Position numbers and translations under genes: made by a program | The notes under the pieces: model-generated | Told to the model about the DNA's origin: nothing | The model's database searches: none | The model's input: only the letters and a program-made list of their open reading frames with translations | Source: Octopus sinensis | Lineage: Eukaryota | Reading direction: 5' to 3' | Length of the DNA: 32,880 nt | Assembly (NCBI RefSeq): GCF_006345805.1 | Contig: NW_021829611.1 | Location: 1 to 32,880 of the forward strand | Shown: one piece after another, positions 26,204 to 32,880 of the stretch | Layout of the letters: each line of letters opens with the position of its first letter | Numbering within the stretch: position 1 is the first letter of the stretch

Positions 26204-26264
26204 GATAAAACTCCGAGTTTCGGATGCTGAGGTGGAAATCCACGCCGACATCTCTTCAGTTATC
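26204..26264 (-). ncRNA. Minimal type I hammerhead ribozyme motif (minus strand)
   Basis: GAUAA-CUGAAGA-[GAUGUCGGCGUGG AUUU CCACCUCAGCAUCC]-GAAA-CUCGGAG-U-U-UUAUC. Stem I GAUAA/UUAUC, intact catalytic core, near-palindromic stem III, predicted GUU cleavage between 26209 and 26208. Activity untested. Confidence 0.7.
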
Positions 26265-26336
26265 CCGCCATCGGAAAATATGCTATGAAAAATGTCCGTT
26301 ATATAAAGGGAAATTACTGTGTGATTGACTCATTAA

Positions 26337-26397
26337 GATAACTGAAGAGATGGCAGCGTGGATTTCCACCACGGCATTCGAAACTCGGAGTTTTATC
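26337..26397 (+). ncRNA. Minimal type I hammerhead ribozyme motif (plus strand)
   Basis: GAUAA-CUGAAGA-[GAUGGCAGCGUGG AUUU CCACCACGGCAUUC]-GAAA-CUCGGAG-U-U-UUAUC. Core intact, stem II more mismatched, predicted GUU cleavage after 26392. Confidence 0.65.
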
Positions 26398-26451
26398 ATG
26401 GCTACAGAATAATTGTCACATATTACATTTATAGAGAATATATATATATAT

Positions 26452-26525
<74 letters not shown>

Positions 26526-26760
26526 GGATATAGATATAGATATATAAAGTGCATGTGAGTTTGTTTGGGATAGATAAAGGAGGACAAATAAGCAATGGGT
26601 GTAGATCTTTCATAGTTTATTTATCCAGGTAAAAATAAAGAATTTACGAAATATCTTACTCCGAACTTCTCGAGAGCAAATATGCAGCAGAGATTTCAAA
26701 AATATTGTAACATTTTTACGGAATTTCCTTTTATTTTTCACTTTTTATAGACTCTCTATT

Positions 26761-26830
26761 TTTTGGTCCTTTACTTTTGGTCCTTTACTTTTTGGTCCTT
26801 TACTTTTGGTCCTTTACTTTTGGTCCTTTT
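26761..26830. repeat. Minisatellite, unit TTTTGGTCCTTTAC, 4 full copies plus 1 partial
   Basis: Direct reading. Confidence 0.95.
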
Positions 26831-27889
26831 TTTTTTTGCTTTGTTTTCGACCAGGAGGAGAATTGTAAATTACTCTGAGATTGGTCTGTCTCCTTCAAAG
26901 AGACTTATTCTAAATTGTCCTACGGAATGCCAAATTATAAATTTCATTAGGAGGAACGTATTGTTATTGTTGTTGCCGCAATTGTTGTTGTCGTTGTTGT
27001 TGTTGTAGCGCGCGTGTGCGTGCGTATGTGTGTATGTTGTGAGTGGTGTCTGCTCTTTGACATCAATTACTATCTTCTATTGTCAGGTTCTGGTCAGATT
27101 GTTGCAGGATGCTATCACTTTCTCACCAAACAGAATCTACACATTGTTTATCGTTTGATGTACAAGGAGTGGGTGTGGCGGAGAGTTACACATTCGATTA
27201 GTTTATGAAATAGCTGATGATGTCACTGTCCCTAATAAGCTCAATAACGTATTTGTCTAATTCTACTGTTTTGCGTTTCGAAATTAGAATATTTTGGCCG
27301 GCCATATTTTTGAAATTTGTTTCCTTTAGCCTGATTTAACTCACATAACGTCTATTGCTAGTTATTATGTTAAATTCTAGAATAACGTTTATCTTCGGGT
27401 TAATAATTACCTTAGGGAATATATTCGTCATTTGTTTTGTTATAGAAGCCAGATTTGAGTGAAATTGGTAAAAAAAATCAGCTAGGCTTATTTTGTATTT
27501 GTTATTCATAACGTAAAGATACTTAATGTGTTAATATTGTTACGAAAATAATTTCCTTTTCTCCTTTTTTATTTCGAAAAACATACACCTTCTTTTCATT
27601 CATTCAGGGTCATGAAAAGTCTCCTGTTATCATTTTACGTCTTGGAACTAAAGTTTAATGTCTGTCATAAAAAAAAAAAATAAAGTAGCGTTATTAAGCT
27701 TTGTTGCAGTTAACAATTATTACACTTAACTGAACCTAATAAAAATAGCATGCACTTAAACAACGATTGCATTTTAACTGCTGCAGTTGAAGATCATTAA
27801 CCTTCATAATCTTAGCCATTGATGTGCTGTTGCATCCATTGTTGTTGAAGTAATGCTATTACACATAAAGTACTACCACCTCATTGCCA

Positions 27890-28560
27890 TTATCACTATC
27901 ACCAATACCAACACGATGATAACACTTCGACAGCGACCTCAGTCATATACATCACAACCACCCCAACCACCACCATCACCACCACCATCACCACCACCAT
28001 CACCACCACCACTACTACCACCATCGACATCACTATCACCACCATCACTACCATCATTGCAACCAATAACATCATTACTATTACCAACGATAACAACGAC
28101 ACCACAAACGCTACTACCAAAACTACAACCAAAGCCACTGACATCACAACAAAGACTACCACCACCACAATCACCACACCAATTAATGACGCTATATGCA
28201 CTGTACCAACATCAATACCTCCACTGTATCACCACTACCAATAACACTAATAACACTATGAGTACCAACACCAGCACCAAGTTACTCCCACCTACAGAAC
28301 AACCAAAACAACCGACATCACAAACATGACCAACATCAAAACCACCACCACCACCACCACCACCACCAATACCACTACCATCACCATCACCACCACCATG
28401 AACAATAAAAATAGCAATGTCGACGACAATTTGAAACACTACAACACCAGCACCTGCAGTAGCGCTGCCACCACCACCACCACCACCAATACCGCCGCCA
28501 ACAAGATCACGAAGAGCAGACACACAATGACTATCCCAACCGCCTGTAACAACAATACAT
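27890..28560. repeat. Degenerate (CAC/CAA/CAT/TAC)n trinucleotide tract
   Basis: Direct reading; the P/T/V-rich ORFs in several frames are artefacts. Confidence 0.9.
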
Positions 28561-28902
28561 TTATTACTGCACTCAATAAATGTTTGTTCAAACAAAAGCC
28601 AAACATATATAATGTCCATTATATTAGGCACACGTTTAAATTACATCATTAGATCGAAAGTTGACAATTGTTCAGTATAACAAAAAAATTAGTTTTTAAC
28701 TTTAGATCAGCTTTAATGTTTCCCCGCCCATTTTCTATTGGAAGCACTGTACATACTGTCCAGGCAGTGTGTGTGCTTTTCGAAGGGAAGTTTTAAAACA
28801 TTCAATACCATTGTCTGAGAGAAAAAAAAGCGGTTCCTGTTCATACCATCCTGAGCATTAATTGTGACATATTGTTAATGTAGAGGCAACTATACGCATA
28901 AG

Positions 28903-29447
28903 AGGCGTGGCTGTGTGGTATGAAGCTTACTTCCCAATTACATGGTTTCGATTTCAGTCCCACTGCGTAGCACTCTGGCAAGTATGTTCTACTATAGTCT
29001 CGGACCGCCCAAAGCCTTGTGAGCGGATTTGAAACTGAAACATCCCGACAAACACACACGCATACGGCTGTTTGGTAAGAAGCTTGCTTCCCAGCCACGT
29101 GTTCCAGGTTCAATCCCACTGCGTGGCACTTTCGGCAATTGTCTACCAAAGCCTTGTGAGTAGATTTGGTACGCGGAAACTAAAGGTAGCCCGTCGTGTA
29201 CGTACATACATACATGCATACATGCATACATGCATGCATGTATGTATGTGTGTGTATGTGTGTCTGTGTTCGTTCCCCAACCACCGCTTGACAACCGATG
29301 CTGGTGTGTTTACATCCTCGTAACTTAACGGTTCGGCAAAAGAAACTGATAGAATATGTACAAAGAATAAGTCTTGGGGTCAATTTATTCGACTAAAGGC
29401 GGTGTTCCAGCATGGCCGCAGTCAAATGACTGAAACAAGTAAATGAA
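28903..29447 (+). mobile_element. SINE family B: 5' partial copy (28903-~29050) followed by a near full-length copy (29066-29447) with an internal (TACA/TG)n
   Basis: tRNA-like head gtggta(a/t)gaagctt(g/a)cttccca..gttcaatcccactgcgtggcac; tail ggcggtgttccagcatggccgcagtcaaatgactgaaacaagtaa. Confidence 0.9.
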
Positions 29448-29549
29448 TATGTCTATGTATTTGTCACAACTTGACAACTGGTATTTGTGTGTTTACGTCC
29501 CGGTAACTTAGCGGTAGAATTTGAACTCAGCATTTTCTACGGCGGGCCA

Positions 29550-30232
29550 CGAAATTTTTTTCCCACGAGAGTTCCGGTCTCCAGTAATTAACTTATTTGC
29601 GTATAGCCAATCAGAGCTCACCTTGAAAATCTACATACTGTGTACTACTACAGTACAGCCAATCAGGCATAGAATGGTGTAAGTCATTCTGTGAGTAAAG
29701 CATAGCAGGTCTCACACAAGCACCACATTCCCCACCCACACCATCCTCATAGATCAGTTTAGCACCATCTCTATATGATCCTAACATTAGGTACCTATGC
29801 TCAGACTGAGATTAGTGGTACTGCATGTATCCTTTGATATATGACGGGAAGGCACAATACGACACAACGCCATATTGATTACGATGTTTCCAGATCAAAA
29901 CCAACATTTTAAATTAAGGAATGTACAAAATCAGTCAAAAAATTGTGAAACTACACTCATTTACATTTTCTAGTAAATTACGCAAATTGACCACACTTAT
30001 GGCATCATCGGTGAGCAGCTCTTCATTCACTTTATACACTAAATTTCACATTTGTCACCCCTATTAACCCCTTAAGAACAGTTAGATTTTGCTATAACGC
30101 ACATTTTCGACTGAACGCAACCAAAGTATTTTCGTAACTAGGTGGACACTAGCTTGATAGTTGAGCTCTGATTGTCTGTATGCAAATGAGTTCATTACCG
30201 GGATCAGGAAATCACGTGGGAAAAAGTTTTGC
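29550..30232. mobile_element. 683-bp non-autonomous TIR DNA transposon (Mutator-like by TSD length) inserted into a reversed SINE A
   Basis: 71-bp TIRs (29550-29620 vs 30162-30232, 55/71 identical). Exact 10-bp direct repeat CGGCGGGCCA at 29540-29549 and 30233-30242. Removing the element restores a contiguous SINE sequence. Confidence 0.8.
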
Positions 30233-30399
30233 CGGCGGGCCAACGATCCTGCCAGCTCGCTGCCTAACCTACTACTGTACATATTAACTGTTAAAAGGAT
30301 GATAATTGGATTCCTTCGGAGAGCATTCAGTTTTCGAAGATTTTTGCTTAGCAGATTCAAGTGACAAGAAACTAGATGCGTGTCTTAGTTGTTAGTGTA

Positions 30400-30650
30400 T
30401 TCACTCACTATCGCAAGACCGTTGCTTCAATTCCCAGAATGAAGGGGCGCTGTGTTCTTGAGTAAGGCACTTCACTTCACGTTATTCCAGTCCACTCAGC
30501 TGTCAATTGGTAAAACAGCAACGGACTGGCGATCCGTACTGGTGAAATGTTGACCTGTTTGACTAGCCAGAGGCGTGGCATAAATCGGGAGTAACAACAA
30601 TGCCGACAAGCGCATTGTGACCAGTGGTGTACAACAACAACAACATTCTG
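30400..30650 (+). mobile_element. Degenerate tRNA-headed SINE sharing its 3' tail with family C
   Basis: gttgcttcaattccca head, ttgagtaaggcactt..ccagtccactcagct body, gcgcattgtgaccag tail as at ~3752. Confidence 0.65.
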
Positions 30651-30699
30651 TACTGTGATGCGGTAATATATGCATTTATAATTTTTGAAACGCACGTAC

Positions 30700-30802
30700 A
30701 CACACGTGTACACACGCATGCACACACTCACACACATAATAATCCATAGATACATTCATACATATATACATAGTACAAGTATAGATGTGTGTGTATGTGT
30801 AA

Positions 30803-30848
<46 letters not shown>

Positions 30849-30963
30849 TATATATATATAATATATATATATATAAGTGTGTGTATGTAGATAGACAGAC
30901 AGATAAATAAACACATAGATAGGCAGGTAGGTAGGTAGGTAGGTAGGTAGGTAGGTAGGTAGG

Positions 30964-31048
<85 letters not shown>

Positions 31049-31050
31049 GA
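30700..31050. repeat. Compound (CA)/(AT)/(AGGT)/(AGAT) microsatellite field
   Basis: Direct reading. Confidence 0.95.
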
Positions 31051-31637
31051 ATTCTCTGCGGATATATGGCTATATGGCTATGAGTAGTTGATGCCTTCGA
31101 CAATGTGAACATACCGACAGTACTTTATTGCCTTAGTGCAAAACAATTAATAAAACGGTCCAATAAAATAGTAAAAAAAAAAAAATCATATAGTAACAAT
31201 GAGAAAGTGTTGCGGTGCAATCCGTATGTATATAATTACTTCGACAACTCATTTCCGTATGTTAATTTCAAATTCTATATTTATATTGATTTCGACCATT
31301 TTTAGCCTCTTGCAAAGTTATTTGCATACCAAATTTTACATATTAGTGGTTTTGATAATTCAACCGTCTCCATACATAAAATGTTCAACCGTCTCCATAC
31401 AAAATATTTCCCGTCTCCGGTATACATACATACATACATACATACGTATATGGGATCCTCGAGTCGGTCATGGCGCGATTGCCTCCCCCGTCGGCATGTG
31501 CGCAAGGATTTTGCACTTCTCCTACACGATTAAGAGTATTTTAACTCTTATTTTTAGCAATGTAGGTGCTTCAGTATCCTTGTCACACTTACTGACGATT
31601 GAAGTTTTCTTATATGATGTCACATTGCGTCTGGCTG

Positions 31638-31692
<55 letters not shown>

Positions 31693-31799
31693 GTATGCGG
31701 AGTAGATATACTGAAAGAGTCTTCTGTATTACTGTCCTTTTTCTCTCTCGTTATGCAAACTCATTGCTCGTATTACATGTTGCTGTTGTATCCTGAATA

Positions 31800-31804
31800 T
31801 ATGC

Positions 31805-31885
<81 letters not shown>

Positions 31886-31925
31886 TATATATATAGATAT
31901 ATATATATATATGTATATATATATA

Positions 31926-31958
<33 letters not shown>

Positions 31959-31973
31959 TATATATTATATATA

Positions 31974-32046
<73 letters not shown>

Positions 32047-32077
32047 ATATATATATATATAATATATATATTATATA
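31800..32077. repeat. Long interrupted (AT)n tract
   Basis: Direct reading. Confidence 0.97.
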
Positions 32078-32342
32078 CGTAGCGGGCCATAATATAATGG
32101 TCAGTAAGAAAGTGTTTTGAAATATTTATTATAGAAGATTAACTAAATGTTGAGACTAGATATTTTACACATATTTAGATATATCTAATATCTATCTTTC
32201 GTGAAACTTTTAAGTGAATGGGATAAATATTTCGTAAATTATGAGGAAATAAACAAATAATCTTCTAAACTGCATCGGCTAAATGTTAAATGTCACTAAG
32301 AAAAGCAATGAAAAAATAGAACAAGAACAAAAAAGATTCATA

Positions 32343-32880
32343 TTAATATTTTGTGATTATTCCTTTACTATCACTGACCTCCTGACATCTGTTACCACAG
32401 GACTGAATTAATTTCTTGCAAAATGATGGAGTAATATTTTTCCATTTGTTTTTCAATAATTCCCAGAGTTCATCTTGGTTCTCTGGATTTCTTCTTAGCG
32501 CCTCATCTCCAATAATCTTTCAAACCTTTTTCTATGGGGTTGAGATCGGGACTTTGAGGTGGCCAGTCTATGAGATCAACCTCTTCATCACTCAAAAAAA
32601 TCTTTGACTCTCTTCGCATTGTGATAGGGAGCGTTGTCCTGCACAAAGACGGTTTGAACTGACGAGGATCGGAAATGTGGAAGGGCATGCTGTATAAGAA
32701 TCTGCTTGTAGACGAATAAGAGGATAAGAACCAGCAGCAGAGATTGGTCCCCATACTATTACACTGCCTCCTTCATATTTCACTATCTCCTTCACACCTG
32801 GACGAGATAACCTTCCGCCACTTCCTCGTCGGACGTACATCCACCATCGGAACCAATCACACCTGCGACCACTGTTCTTC
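32343..32880 (-). mobile_element. Decayed Tc1-family (DD34E) transposase, catalytic C-terminal half; runs off the window end
   Basis: Across frameshifts: YVRRGSG..VKYEGGSVIVWGPISAAG ... FVQDNAPYHNAKRVKDF(fs)LSDEEVDLIDWPPQSPDLNPIEK ... DELWELLKNKWKNI..CKKLIQSCGNRCQEVSDSKGIITKY*. Removing one T gives exactly 34 residues between D and E. Confidence 0.92.

Larger units (their letters stand above)
26100..26430. mobile_element. Microsatellite-flanked non-autonomous element with 93-bp inverted arms (26172-26264, 26337-26429), probably derived from Penelope pLTRs
   Basis: Arms are 86/93 identical by manual alignment, with a 72-bp spacer. Each arm holds a hammerhead motif. Flanked by (AT)n and (AT)n(GATA)n; partial paralog at 20211-20265. 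Confidence 0.8.

Noticed and set aside
26761-26830. CRISPR-like appearance of short repeats
   Set aside because: No spacers, head-to-tail units, eukaryotic context.
27853-28652. Mucin-like or Pro/Thr-rich ORFs (158, 139, 108 aa)
   Set aside because: Degenerate CAC/CAA trinucleotide tract open on both strands; no splice context or non-repetitive domain.

Overview
AT-rich, repeat-saturated eukaryotic intronic or intergenic DNA. The long (AT)n/(GT)n/(GATA)n tracts and recurrent tRNA-derived SINE families resemble Octopus genomic DNA (inference from recognition, not a search). Almost all listed ORFs are microsatellite or SINE artefacts. Recognisable protein remnants are a decayed Penelope-like element (RT C-terminus plus GIY-YIG, 7426-8080, minus) and a decayed Tc1-type DD34E transposase (32343-32880, minus). 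Two tentative minus-strand exons (6927-7021, 5752-5841) may belong to an unidentified gene. The most notable signal is a 93-bp inverted repeat at 26172-26429 in which each arm carries a complete minimal type I hammerhead ribozyme core, one per strand. A second inverted-repeat element at 14943-15105 holds a hammerhead-like core with a U3-A8 covariant. Also present: a ~625-bp foldback, a TIR element with a 10-bp TSD nested in a SINE, and a near-identical 420-bp tandem duplication.
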